A stretch of 64,000 nt of DNA, taken from an uncultured Candidatus Saccharibacteria bacterium (GTDB taxonomy: Bacteria > Patescibacteriota > Minisyncoccia > Phycocordibacterales > CAIRYW01). Under the pieces are notes generated by a model. That model did no database searches. It worked only from the letters and a program-made list of their open reading frames with translations, and was not told the DNA's origin. Every line of letters begins with the position of its first letter. The stretch's first letter is position 1. Location: the NCBI GenBank assembly GCA_964577785.1, contig CAZOAK010000001.1, positions 22,398 through 86,397 on the forward strand, read 5' to 3'. Below, piece by piece: positions 50,258 through 60,029 of the stretch. The translations under genes were made by a program, and so were the position numbers.

Positions 50258-50761
50258 TCAAATCTTCCTACTATCGTATGCCCAGTGCAGAAGAGCTTGA
50301 CGTTGTTTTGGTCGACAATAGATGTCACATGCCCTGCAGTTATTTGCCACCTGTGCACAATGACGTTTCATTTGTCTCCAACGCCTTATTTGACGAGCAT
50401 CCTCATCGGGAATTCTTCTACCCATGTAATAGCGACAATACCACTCAAACCAACCACGAGGGTCGTATTTTGATATCCATCCTTTATTTCGCCAAACCGA
50501 AATGCTCTGGCTTGCATTGACTCCAAAATAATTTTTATTCTTCTTGTTTGATAATTTGGCATTAAGAAACCAGTCGCTTGGGTATTCATCTACCGCACTA
50601 TTTAAATATTTACCCCCAAAAATACCTAGGCCTAACATTTGTTTAGGTGTTAAATCTGGTTTAAATTCAACATCAAAATTTTTACCCATCGGTTCTTCCA
50701 ATTTATATTTATACTTTTTCTGCATCAAATTATTAGCTTTGACAATCTTGCCCTTAAACAT
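50258..50761 (-). CDS. Conserved-looking hypothetical protein, basic and Trp/Cys-rich
   Basis: 'LTPKQMLGLGIFGGKYL...GWFEWYCRYYMGRRIPDEDARQIRRW'. No family assigned. Confidence 0.45.
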   Translation of the reverse strand: MFKGKIVKANNLMQKKYKYKLEEPMGKNFDVEFKPDLTPKQMLGLGIFGGKYLNSAVDEYPSDWFLNAKLSNKKNKNYFGVNASQSISVWRNKGWISKYDPRGWFEWYCRYYMGRRIPDEDARQIRRWRQMKRHCAQVANNCRACDIYCRPKQRQALLHWAYDSRKI

Positions 50762-50796
50762 GTTATAATATTTTTTAATAATTAATTTGAAATTGC

Positions 50797-51243
50797 ATGA
50801 ATAAGATAATCATACTATTAGTATCAATAATAATCATTGTTGCTGGAATTTTAACATACAAACAGGTCAGTTTGGAATCTAGAGAAGATGAAATAAATAT
50901 TGAAAAGAGTACAGGCAATGTAATCAAACAGGATGTCATTCCTGTCACTGAAACAAAAGTGAGCGAGCCAATAGCAGAACCAAAATCAGTTACTGCACCA
51001 TCAGGACCAAAGGTATTTACAATGACAGAAGTACAGGCAAACAACACAGAATCAAATTGTTTGACAGCTATTAACGGCAAAGTTTATGATTTGACTGCAT
51101 TCGTGACAAAACATCCAGGTGGAGACAGAAACATTCTAAGAATATGTGGCAAGGACGGATCAAGCACATTTGAAGGTCAGCATGGTGGTGAAGGTAAACC
51201 AGAAAAAATATTAGCTGGTTTTGAAATAGGTATTTTAAAATAA
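50797..51243 (+). CDS. Membrane-anchored cytochrome b5-like heme-binding-domain protein
   Basis: N-terminal TM. 'INGKVYDLTAFVTKHPGG' HPGG motif. Confidence 0.7.
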   Translation: MNKIIILLVSIIIIVAGILTYKQVSLESREDEINIEKSTGNVIKQDVIPVTETKVSEPIAEPKSVTAPSGPKVFTMTEVQANNTESNCLTAINGKVYDLTAFVTKHPGGDRNILRICGKDGSSTFEGQHGGEGKPEKILAGFEIGILK

Positions 51244-51246
51244 CTT

Positions 51247-51289
51247 AAACAAATAACCTCGAGCTTCTAGCTTGAGGTTATTTGTTTAT
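51247..51289. terminator. Bidirectional terminator (aaacaaataacctcgagc...gcttgaggttatttgttt)
   Basis: 18-bp stem. Confidence 0.7.
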
Positions 51290-52390
51290 TCTACTCACCT
51301 TGAACGGCTCAGCTACATTTTTGACATCGAACTTCAATCTACCAATTACTCTATGATCAGAAGTTAAAACATTCACTCTCCATAAACCCTCTGCAACATT
51401 ACTTTTTACGGAATAAAGCCTGTAACCATCCTGTCTGCCCCCACGTATTGGCACATTAATATTACTAATTGTGATCCATTTATTACTTTTATTATCAAAT
51501 TTCTGCCAATTATGCGTAATATTTATATTCAGATCAATTGGTGAGTATATGGCTGTCATAATATAAACAGGTTCAAAATTATATCTATGAAATACATTGC
51601 CAGAAAGGAAATTATTAAACCGATTGTATATTTCCTCATCAACTAAATATCCACCATCGCCAGTTTGCTTTAGATTATGATACACGCCAGCATCCTTCTG
51701 GATTAATGGTAGAGGTGGTATCAAATTTAAGAAATAAAAGATATTAACTATAACTAAAATTACAAGTGCATTTTGAGCAATTACTTTTTTATTTGATTTT
51801 AGACTTATTTTTGAAACAATTTCAGTAAACCAAAGAAATAAAATAAAGATAATTATTGTCACAATTGAGCTTACTATAAAAACCCATCTATCTATACTAT
51901 TTAATAAGATTGGGATTGTAATTATTAAATAAGATAGCAATGCAAAGAAATAAACACTAACTCTAAAACTAAATTTTTCGTAATGTTTTTTTAGAAACTC
52001 ATTGCCCAGTAAATAAATAACCAATAATAATAAAAAAGGCCAACTAGATTCCAAGGTAGAGCTTCTTGTATAGAATACGACGAACGCACTGAACAAGGCA
52101 CCCAATGAAAACTGCATAAATAATGTCATCCAAAAATGCATTCTACCTCTAATCTTTTCTTTGATTGAATCTGACTCATACAAGCTAAGCATTATTATAC
52201 AGAATCCAGAAATCAAAATATAAATACTCAAAATTAGCTGATCAGCCAAGGCGTCCACCCTGCCGAGAGATAAATTATCCAAAACGAAACCAAAAACTAA
52301 TGCGAGTGAGGAAATACGATTCTCGTATTTTTGGTACCAGTTTTTAATTTTTGGTGGATTAAGAATGCTCCTGATTTTATTTAAAACCAT
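51278..52390 (-). CDS. Hypothetical polytopic membrane protein
   Basis: About 7 TM helices and a C-terminal soluble domain. No family recognised. Confidence 0.45.
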   Translation of the reverse strand: MVLNKIRSILNPPKIKNWYQKYENRISSLALVFGFVLDNLSLGRVDALADQLILSIYILISGFCIIMLSLYESDSIKEKIRGRMHFWMTLFMQFSLGALFSAFVVFYTRSSTLESSWPFLLLLVIYLLGNEFLKKHYEKFSFRVSVYFFALLSYLIITIPILLNSIDRWVFIVSSIVTIIIFILFLWFTEIVSKISLKSNKKVIAQNALVILVIVNIFYFLNLIPPLPLIQKDAGVYHNLKQTGDGGYLVDEEIYNRFNNFLSGNVFHRYNFEPVYIMTAIYSPIDLNINITHNWQKFDNKSNKWITISNINVPIRGGRQDGYRLYSVKSNVAEGLWRVNVLTSDHRVIGRLKFDVKNVAEPFKVSRINK

Positions 52391-52403
52391 TTAAGTAACT
52401 AGA

Positions 52404-52733
52404 CTATTTCAATCCCCTCCCAAATACCATTGTGACTAATGACAAAATTATTGAAAACCATAATGCTGACCAAAACGATGCAACCGTAAATCCTGGAACT
52501 ATCTCTGCTGCAAGCATAATAAGTGCAGCATTTATAACCAATGAAAATAATCCGAGCGTTAGAATATTAATAGGTAAAGTCAAAACAAATATTAACGGTT
52601 TGATAAAAATATTGATTAGAGCCAACACTACTGCTAAAGCAATTGCCCCAAAGAGAGTAACTCCAACTCCTGGTAAAAGATATGAACTAATCATGATCGC
52701 AACGGTTCCAACGAGCCAATGTGTAAAATTCAT
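52404..52733 (-). CDS. Phage-holin-family-4 / DUF360 (YvlD-like) membrane protein
   Basis: Four TM helices. 'LLPGVGVTLFGAIALAVVLALINIFIKPLIFVLTLPINILTLGLFSLVINA'. Confidence 0.65.
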   Translation of the reverse strand: MNFTHWLVGTVAIMISSYLLPGVGVTLFGAIALAVVLALINIFIKPLIFVLTLPINILTLGLFSLVINAALIMLAAEIVPGFTVASFWSALWFSIILSLVTMVFGRGLK

Positions 52734-52757
52734 TTGAATTAATAATTAACTAATAAT

Positions 52758-53090
52758 TTAATACGAACTTTGATTACTGCTCTTTATTGAATTTTCTGCT
52801 ATTTTGTTATTCAGATCAGCAACCATATTCTTATATGAATCAACCTCATTCTGTAGTTTTTCTTTTTCCTTTATCATGCCTTTAAATTTAAAATAGTCAC
52901 CAATCACTTCTGGAATGGAAACCAAAAAACTCGCAATCATTCCTGATAATATTGCGAGAACGAGTACAACAGCGAGAGACGCATCCACCTGCCAAAACAA
53001 GAAAGTTACTGTTATTGCTACAGCATTTTGGAGTGCAAATATCACCGCCACAGCACCTAATACCAAACCTATTATTACAAATATAATCAT
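52758..53090 (-). CDS. LapA-domain (DUF1049) membrane protein
   Basis: Two TM helices followed by a C-terminal coiled coil. Confidence 0.6.
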   Translation of the reverse strand: MIIFVIIGLVLGAVAVIFALQNAVAITVTFLFWQVDASLAVVLVLAILSGMIASFLVSIPEVIGDYFKFKGMIKEKEKLQNEVDSYKNMVADLNNKIAENSIKSSNQSSY

Positions 53091-53187
53091 ATTATTTAAG
53101 TTACTTAATAAATAAACTCAACTTAATTAGACGTAGAAACCAATCATTCCTTACAGATTTATTAATTGTATTATAACATAATTAAGA

Positions 53188-54261
53188 CTATTTCTTTACA
53201 ACAAGATGGATTGCTGGCAATTCTAGACCTAGTGCCCAAGCAGAAAATCCATGTAGCTTATACCTATTTATCAATTCCAATTTTTCACTTATACTAATTT
53301 CATTTTCATACCAAATTGTATTTGCTTTCTTATTCCGTACATATTTTAGATAAGGAGCCTTATCAATCTCACTATATCCGAGTGTTGGATTATATGTACT
53401 TAGAGCAATTTTTAAACCCTCAAACCCACCAATCCCAGTTATTTTACCTCGAGCATCATCCCATTTCCAATAGTAGAGAGGAATGCCTAGTGATAATTTG
53501 TTTGCAGGTATAAATTTTAACGAATAATCTAAAACATTAACTAGCCAAGGGTAGGGGGAAATAGCACCTTTAGAATCTGGAGCATCATAAGACATAATAC
53601 TCACAAAATCTGATGAATCGCTTATTTTTTTATAGTCATAAACACCAATAAGATCGTTCCATAAGGTATTCTTATAATCACTTGGATTATCACTTATTTT
53701 AGCTATAACAGCCACGCTAAGAATCAAACCTTTCTTGTGAAAATCCTTGCTCGCCAACTCCACAAACTCAGAAAACTTATCCTTATACTCAACATTCATC
53801 TGTTCGAAATCAATCTGCCAACCAATAAAATCATTCTTTTTTGCTTCACTTATCATCTGCTTTATCGCACTTTTTTGATTTTTCTTATTATTTAGGAGTG
53901 CCACAAGACTCATTTGACCAAAACTTCCATTAGTAACAAGTGGCATCACTCTAATATTTTTTTCTTTAGTAAATTTTAGTACCTCCTCATTAATAGATCC
54001 TTGAAGTTTGGCATTTTCATCGAAGGCATATGATTGTGGGGCAAGTATGTCTATAGATTCTGGATATGAAAATAAAGATTCTCGCGCGTTTATCCCCTCT
54101 CGGTAGTAAAAAATCCTTGAGTAATCAAAATTATTGTATTTAATATCTAGACTTGTATCAGAAGTAAAAGCAAAAACAGGAAGACATCCAGAGAACAACC
54201 CAACTAGAACCAAGGTGAGGTTAAATTTTAATATTTTTCCAATTATCGTATTCTTACTCAT
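53188..54261 (-). CDS. Secreted glycoside hydrolase family 18-like protein
   Basis: Signal peptide. 'FIGWQIDFEQM' retains the D-x-E core of the GH18 DxxDxDxE motif. Confidence 0.65.
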   Translation of the reverse strand: MSKNTIIGKILKFNLTLVLVGLFSGCLPVFAFTSDTSLDIKYNNFDYSRIFYYREGINARESLFSYPESIDILAPQSYAFDENAKLQGSINEEVLKFTKEKNIRVMPLVTNGSFGQMSLVALLNNKKNQKSAIKQMISEAKKNDFIGWQIDFEQMNVEYKDKFSEFVELASKDFHKKGLILSVAVIAKISDNPSDYKNTLWNDLIGVYDYKKISDSSDFVSIMSYDAPDSKGAISPYPWLVNVLDYSLKFIPANKLSLGIPLYYWKWDDARGKITGIGGFEGLKIALSTYNPTLGYSEIDKAPYLKYVRNKKANTIWYENEISISEKLELINRYKLHGFSAWALGLELPAIHLVVKK

Positions 54262-54385
54262 ACACCTATCATACCACTTGTCCTGTCAAAAAAATAATGC
54301 GACTTCCTTGGATAATGATATACTCTATTCTGCAAACAGGTATTTTGGTTACCCTAATTATTCATTATTTTTTACTAAAATAATC

Positions 54386-54634
54386 ATGTCAAACATAATT
54401 TTATATTCAAAAATCGGCTGTCCTTGGGGAGACGAAGTTAGAGACTTTCTAAATTCAAAAAATATCACATTCACTGAAAAAGAAATGCTCAGCAATCCTC
54501 AGTTTAAGGACGAATGTATTACCAAGTCTGGTCAGTGGAAATGTCCTACACTAGATATTGATGGGCATATACTTGCCGACAGTGATGCGGACCAAGTACA
54601 GAAGTACTTGGAAAGTTTACAAGTATCCAAGTAA
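54386..54634 (+). CDS. Glutaredoxin-like protein
   Basis: 'IILYSKIGCPWGDEVRDFL...KCPTLDIDGHIL' has a thioredoxin-fold layout. Confidence 0.6.
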   Translation: MSNIILYSKIGCPWGDEVRDFLNSKNITFTEKEMLSNPQFKDECITKSGQWKCPTLDIDGHILADSDADQVQKYLESLQVSK

Positions 54635-54718
54635 CAATTAATCAATATCGATGATAGGAACTACTTGACCCTAATTGGAAATTGATAATTGAATACTTCT
54701 GCTTAAGTGCTTAAAAAC

Positions 54719-55096
54719 TTAAGCAGTTTTTCTCCTATGTATCATTACTCTATTACCATCCGGATCTTCAATTGTCACCATTTGGCATGATGGAAAATCC
54801 ATTATTTCACCAACAAATATAATATTATTTTCTTTAAGAATTTTGACGGCTTCTTCAAAATCAATAACCTCTAGTGCTACCACGCCTCCTTCTCTGCCTG
54901 GCATAAAATTAGTAGCTCCTTTACCTATTGCAAGTGTATGAGGGCCAATTTCATATTCAATAAATACCATTTCAGTTGTATCATCACCAAAAACACTTGT
55001 AGGCTTTAAACCTAAAATATCTTCATAAAAATATTTGGCTTTTGAGACATCTGTAATTGAGTAACTTACAAACGCTATTTCTTTTACCTGTATCAT
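54719..55096 (-). CDS. VOC (glyoxalase/bleomycin-resistance) family protein
   Basis: 'IAFVSYSITDVSKAKYFYEDILGLKP...MVTIEDPDGNRVMI'. Confidence 0.8.
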   Translation of the reverse strand: MIQVKEIAFVSYSITDVSKAKYFYEDILGLKPTSVFGDDTTEMVFIEYEIGPHTLAIGKGATNFMPGREGGVVALEVIDFEEAVKILKENNIIFVGEIMDFPSCQMVTIEDPDGNRVMIHRRKTA

Positions 55097-55106
55097 TTAT
55101 ATTAGA

Positions 55107-55775
55107 TTAAAAGCTAATACTCTCAATTACGATAGGTTCTAGTGGTATATCTCTATCTCCAACTGCTACATTCTGTATAGCATTTACTACATCCATACCA
55201 CTTGTCACTTTACCAAAAACAGTATGTTTTGTGTCCAAAAAATTATTATCCTTAACATTGATAAAGAACTGACTGCCATTGGTGTCTGGCCCTGAATTCG
55301 CCATAGAGATTGTTCCGGTATCATTTCTATTTTCGGGTGTTATCTCATCCTCAAATTTATATCCCGGACCCCCAGTTCCCCATCTAAACATATCCTCATC
55401 ATTTTTCGATAAAGGATCCCCACCTTGAATCATAAAGTCTTTTATCACTCTGTGGAATTTTACATCATCATAAAACCCTGACTCGGCCAATTTTCTAAAA
55501 TTAGCAACCGTATTAGGTGTTACCTTGTCATAAAATTCAATTTTAATATCTCCTTTATTTGTATGTAATGTTGCCATAGTTATTTTGTCTTTATTAATTA
55601 CTAAAACCTTCTCTTTTTCCGGTATTAATGAATCAGTAGTTGATGCATAGGTTACCTCCGAATCAATAGCTTTTATCACATCCCTATGCTTTGACCCAAC
55701 GCCGGTTCTAAATGATAAATATACTGATACCAGTATAATAATTATTACCACAATTATTATTTTTATTTTTGACAT
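55107..55775 (-). CDS. Cyclophilin-type peptidyl-prolyl isomerase, membrane-anchored
   Basis: 'FHRVIKDFMIQGGDP', 'GTISMANSGPDTNGSQFFI' and 'HTVFGKV'. Confidence 0.9.
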   Translation of the reverse strand: MSKIKIIIVVIIIILVSVYLSFRTGVGSKHRDVIKAIDSEVTYASTTDSLIPEKEKVLVINKDKITMATLHTNKGDIKIEFYDKVTPNTVANFRKLAESGFYDDVKFHRVIKDFMIQGGDPLSKNDEDMFRWGTGGPGYKFEDEITPENRNDTGTISMANSGPDTNGSQFFINVKDNNFLDTKHTVFGKVTSGMDVVNAIQNVAVGDRDIPLEPIVIESISF

Positions 55776-55891
55776 AGAAGAAATTATACCCTAAAACATT
55801 TTGCATTCAAAATGTTCGGTCTAGCCCGGTTGACACCGTCGACCTAGGGGCGAACAATCATTAGATTGTTCTATCCAAATTATTCAAATTC

Positions 55892-55926
55892 ATAAAATAA
55901 AAAACAGCCGTCTTCGCAATGCGAAG
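55892..55926. terminator. Terminator (aaacagccgtcttcgc-aat-gcgaagacggctgttt)
   Basis: 16-bp stem with flanking A-run and T-run. Confidence 0.75.
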
Positions 55927-55966
55927 ACGGCTGTTTGCAGGAGGTTGTATCATGTGAACTTGGTGC

Positions 55967-56455
55967 CTATGTCTTGTCAGGCGATTCGCCGTTAGGCCCT
56001 GGCTTCACGCTTGAAGCCGCAGGATTTACAGGCCTGACTAGCACGAGCTGGCCAGTGACCGTATCAACAATCAATCCGCTGAACCCTTTGGGGTGGGCAC
56101 CTTTGAGCAACACGGCCTGTTGGTCAGTGAGGCCAAATTTTGCTGGGCTCCCTGACACCAATGTGACGATCTGGGCGAGACCCTGATCAGCTTCATGCTT
56201 TGTGTCACCCTTGATGATGGCATCATTCCAAGCAACCATCAGAATGTGTGCGACATCACCCGCTGCCTGAGCTGTAGCGAGTTCTGCAGCATTCGACGTC
56301 TTAGCCTGGCGTTTTGCCTGGTTTTTCTTTGCAGTCTCGCTGATGACTTTGATATTCGGAATGGCAATGACGGCAATCCCACCAATGAGGGCGAGAACGA
56401 CGAGTAATTCCACGAGACTGAAGCCGATTTTCTTTGACAATTTAGCGTTTTTCAT
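55967..56455 (-). CDS. Type IV pilin / pseudopilin-like protein; GC-rich relative to its surroundings
   Basis: Class-III signal peptide 'KKIGFSLVELLVVLALIGGIAVIAIP'. The start is taken at MKNAKLSKK. Confidence 0.7.
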   Translation of the reverse strand: MKNAKLSKKIGFSLVELLVVLALIGGIAVIAIPNIKVISETAKKNQAKRQAKTSNAAELATAQAAGDVAHILMVAWNDAIIKGDTKHEADQGLAQIVTLVSGSPAKFGLTDQQAVLLKGAHPKGFSGLIVDTVTGQLVLVRPVNPAASSVKPGPNGESPDKT

Positions 56456-56666
56456 GGTTTGGGTATGGGTTTGGATGTTTACTTGATTGCACATGACACA
56501 CAGAATTTTATGGTCAATGCGCAGTCAAAGTTTGATATTTCAAACACTGGCTGCGCACTGCCATAACCTCTTTTAAAGAACGAAGTTTATTATTATCACA
56601 CAATTAAAACAATATCAAACAACCTATCTAGGTTAGGTTTTAGATAATTAAACATATATATTAGAA

Positions 56667-57689
56667 TTATTTCCTAAATAATCTTCTGATCGTCCTTGTG
56701 TGTAGAAATGATTCTGGCAATATAAAATGAAAAAATTTCGTTTTACCATGCCCATAAAATATAAATAGAATTGCAGCAGAATAAACAACTAAATCCTCTA
56801 CTTCCCATTGACCAAACTGTACTGCCATAGTTATTACAGAAGCGGCAAAAAAACTCGCAATCAAAACCGTATTAATTCTAGTTAAATAACCCAGAATAAA
56901 TATTACTCCGAATATCATTTCAGCAAATCCAGTGCTTAAAACAAATAGATTATTGGTAAACCATGTCAGTCCAAAATTGTACATAAAGTTCCAATTATGA
57001 ACATCAAGAAACGATAGTCCTAACTCTGGGTATGAAAGCTTCTCAGAAAACGCCATTATAATTAGTGAAATACCAGTACCTATTCGTACAATCTCAACTG
57101 CATGCTTATTAAGTTTATTTAGGCACGCTCCTTTTGGAGAATGTTTTATTAAGAAGTAAAAGGCTAGCGTCAAAAGCATTATATTTTCAAAAAATGCTTC
57201 GGGACCAACTTTAAACAGTAGTGTTGTGTATAAAATTATGAGAGCACATGATGCCATTCTCGGATACATTCCAATTACAAACATCACACCCAGAGCTATC
57301 TCTATGGATGCCAGCAAGGCAGACAACGAATCAGTAACAGGAAATTCTGGTATAAGCACAACCTTCCATATAACTCCCACAGTAACCAGGAATAGACCGA
57401 GTACACCTTGAGCCACCCTATCTATTATTACTTCATATTTTTCTCCAAATGACAGAAGTTTTTTTGGTTCCCTTATAATTCTATCCAAAATACTAAATAC
57501 CAAAACAACAATAATAGAAATAATAGCCCAAATAATCACCTCCTTACTACTTAAATAATAAAATGGTGTTTGATTATGTGACTCACCAATCACCTTCTCA
57601 GTATCAACAAACCATTTAACATGTGCAGATACAAAAGAAACAATTGATAGTAATAATATTGGGACGAATATAATTATTTTTTGTATCAT
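56667..57689 (-). CDS. Polytopic membrane protein (DoxX/HTTM-like, two repeated halves)
   Basis: At least 8 TM helices; 'HVKWF' lies near the first TM. Confidence 0.45.
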   Translation of the reverse strand: MIQKIIIFVPILLLSIVSFVSAHVKWFVDTEKVIGESHNQTPFYYLSSKEVIIWAIISIIVVLVFSILDRIIREPKKLLSFGEKYEVIIDRVAQGVLGLFLVTVGVIWKVVLIPEFPVTDSLSALLASIEIALGVMFVIGMYPRMASCALIILYTTLLFKVGPEAFFENIMLLTLAFYFLIKHSPKGACLNKLNKHAVEIVRIGTGISLIIMAFSEKLSYPELGLSFLDVHNWNFMYNFGLTWFTNNLFVLSTGFAEMIFGVIFILGYLTRINTVLIASFFAASVITMAVQFGQWEVEDLVVYSAAILFIFYGHGKTKFFHFILPESFLHTRTIRRLFRK

Positions 57690-57707
57690 TAAATTTGTTT
57701 TGTGAAT

Positions 57708-58847
57708 TTATAGAGCATCTTCCGCATCCTCAGCTTTTTGCTCTGCCCTCTTTGCCAAACTTTCTGCATCCTTAAAATTATCATCATCAAACTCTGTTCT
57801 AGCGTCGTCAAACAAATCCTCTGCGTCATCAAGTAAGTTTTCTGCAGAATCAGTGTCATCATTATCATCTTGCGCCTCACCGATCTTAGCTTTTGCATCC
57901 TTAATGGCATCTTTTGCTTCAGCTATTGCATCTTCTGCATCAGCTTTGTCACCCCTACTGTCACCAATCGCATCTTCTGCATCTTCGGCTTTATTTTCAG
58001 CATCATCTACGTACTCCCTCGCATTATCATAATCTTTATCATCCAAATAATCCTCAGCCTTTTGCAATAAATCTCTTGCATCATCGAGCAAATCATCAGC
58101 ATCACATACATCATCACCGTCATCATTTGCTTTATTTATTTTATCATCCACATCATCAATCAACTGATCAACATCATCCAATCCTTCTTCTATCTCGTCT
58201 TTCTCCGTTTTACCGCCAGCCTGTCCATACGCATCCTCTGCACTGTCAAACGCATCATCAGCATAAGTTTTTGCTTTGGCATAATCAGAATTCAAATAAA
58301 ATTTGATTGATTTATAGAAATATTCTCTTGCGTCCTTAAGATCATCTTCTGCACTATTAATATTAGATGACATATCATCCACCTGATCCTCAGCATCTTC
58401 AATTTGTTCTAGAGCCTTTTGTATTGCTGTCTTTGCTGTAGAAGATGATCCTGTAGATACAGATGGAGTTGATACAGTACTTGGTATTACATTAGAGGTT
58501 GGACCTACAACAGTACCCGTGATTAACTTTGTATATATTTGCCTTGATAATGGACCAAAAAAACCGCTTGTAGGGCTAATACCGTTTGATGACTGCCATT
58601 TAATCACAGCTTCCTTGGTTTTAGTCTTAAATGTGTCAGTTTCCTTGCCAGGTGAACCGGCACCAGACGTTGAAATTATAAATCCAGAATCATTCAAGTA
58701 TTTCTGGAGACAGCGGACATCTTCACCTTCATCATCAATATCAAGGCTACGGGTAAAATCACATGATGATGCATTTGATATTTGATAAGATACAAAAAAA
58801 ACAAAAACAAACAATGAAATCATTCTTAAAATTTTTCTAAAATTCAT
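57708..58847 (-). CDS. Secreted protein with a PG_binding_1-like domain followed by a long acidic low-complexity region
   Basis: Signal peptide. 'CLQKYLNDSGF...GSPGKETDTFKTKTKEAVIKWQSSNGISPTSGFFGPLS' is the PG-binding domain. The C-terminal half is D/E/A/K-rich with DDAEDA-type repeats. Confidence 0.55.
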   Translation of the reverse strand: MNFRKILRMISLFVFVFFVSYQISNASSCDFTRSLDIDDEGEDVRCLQKYLNDSGFIISTSGAGSPGKETDTFKTKTKEAVIKWQSSNGISPTSGFFGPLSRQIYTKLITGTVVGPTSNVIPSTVSTPSVSTGSSSTAKTAIQKALEQIEDAEDQVDDMSSNINSAEDDLKDAREYFYKSIKFYLNSDYAKAKTYADDAFDSAEDAYGQAGGKTEKDEIEEGLDDVDQLIDDVDDKINKANDDGDDVCDADDLLDDARDLLQKAEDYLDDKDYDNAREYVDDAENKAEDAEDAIGDSRGDKADAEDAIAEAKDAIKDAKAKIGEAQDDNDDTDSAENLLDDAEDLFDDARTEFDDDNFKDAESLAKRAEQKAEDAEDAL

Positions 58848-58936
58848 AATTGATTTTATTATAAATAAATCGAGTAAATTAAAATACAGTTCGTACTCTA
58901 ATTATATTACACAATCAAAATTAGAACAATAAAAAA

Positions 58937-59797
58937 TTATTTTTCTTCCGATTTCAAAGAATATAATTTTCTAGCATCCTCTAATGTTCTAGGGTAACGT
59001 TGAGTGCTACCTAAGCCGTTCTCATACAATTCTGCAGTCTCGACAAGATCTGACCATATTCTCTCTCCATCAGCACCGAGATTATTTAGTTTTTCAATTA
59101 GCATTGATCTATATTTCTTGATACCACCACCCACATCAAGATTAAACATTTGACCGAGATCGGTTTTTGTATATTCAGGTCTTTTAGGTTGAGATTTTTC
59201 ATGATTGATCAAATCATCAATCGAGCACCCTCGTTTTGGACGAGATTTAACCCAGTTATCATAATCGGAATCATACGCATCTTTTGCTCGATAATATTTC
59301 AATGATTTATTTATATCCATATCAATTACAGCCTCTGAAATTGGAGAGGTTCTAATATCAGAAACAAATTCATCACTTAATCCGGTTTTTTCCTTTAATC
59401 CATTTCTCATGGCTAAAGTATATTCCTTGGCAATATCTTGAGATAGAACTAGATGCCCTCTCTCATTGTATTTAATCAGTTCATCCTCATTTAACCCAAT
59501 CCTTTTAGCAATAATATCAGTATCAACAAAAACCACCCCATCAATATCACTCTTTTCATGAGCAGTGCCTTTAATCATTGACCCGAACAAATTCATTGAT
59601 AGAAATTCTGGATACTTATCTTTCATTTCTTTTACCTGTTCCTTAACAGCCAAAATTCTATCTCTAGAAAATTGTTCCTTGGATAATACAAAACGGTGAT
59701 CTGTTTCATTTTTTGGGCGAGCAGGTATGATTGGCTTTTGGGCCAATTCTTCTAGTAGAGCTGCACCACTCTTTGGAGATTCAGATGGCTGTTCCAT
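58937..59797 (-). CDS. Pol-beta-superfamily nucleotidyltransferase. KNTase/ANT-like is favoured; a minimal CD-NTase cannot be excluded
   Basis: 'LFGSMIKGTAHEKSDIDGVVFVDTD' is a GS-x9-D-h-D nucleotidyltransferase motif, with a later acidic 'VIDMD'. Confidence 0.55.
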   Translation of the reverse strand: MEQPSESPKSGAALLEELAQKPIIPARPKNETDHRFVLSKEQFSRDRILAVKEQVKEMKDKYPEFLSMNLFGSMIKGTAHEKSDIDGVVFVDTDIIAKRIGLNEDELIKYNERGHLVLSQDIAKEYTLAMRNGLKEKTGLSDEFVSDIRTSPISEAVIDMDINKSLKYYRAKDAYDSDYDNWVKSRPKRGCSIDDLINHEKSQPKRPEYTKTDLGQMFNLDVGGGIKKYRSMLIEKLNNLGADGERIWSDLVETAELYENGLGSTQRYPRTLEDARKLYSLKSEEK

Positions 59798-60029
59798 GAT
59801 TAGGTAATGCCGACAGTTAAAAGTTTTATAAAAGCTAAAATCGATTATTCTGTAGTTTTCCTATATTTTACACCGAGATAATATGGCCAGAAATATCCAA
59901 TAGTAAAAATCCACCCGATGATCCATAGAGTTCCAAGCCCATTGCTATCTGTGATTATTGTTTGTCTCATACCCCAATTGTACCATGTTTAATATTATTA
60001 AGTCCAAAGTTTAGAAATTAAGATTGGAA

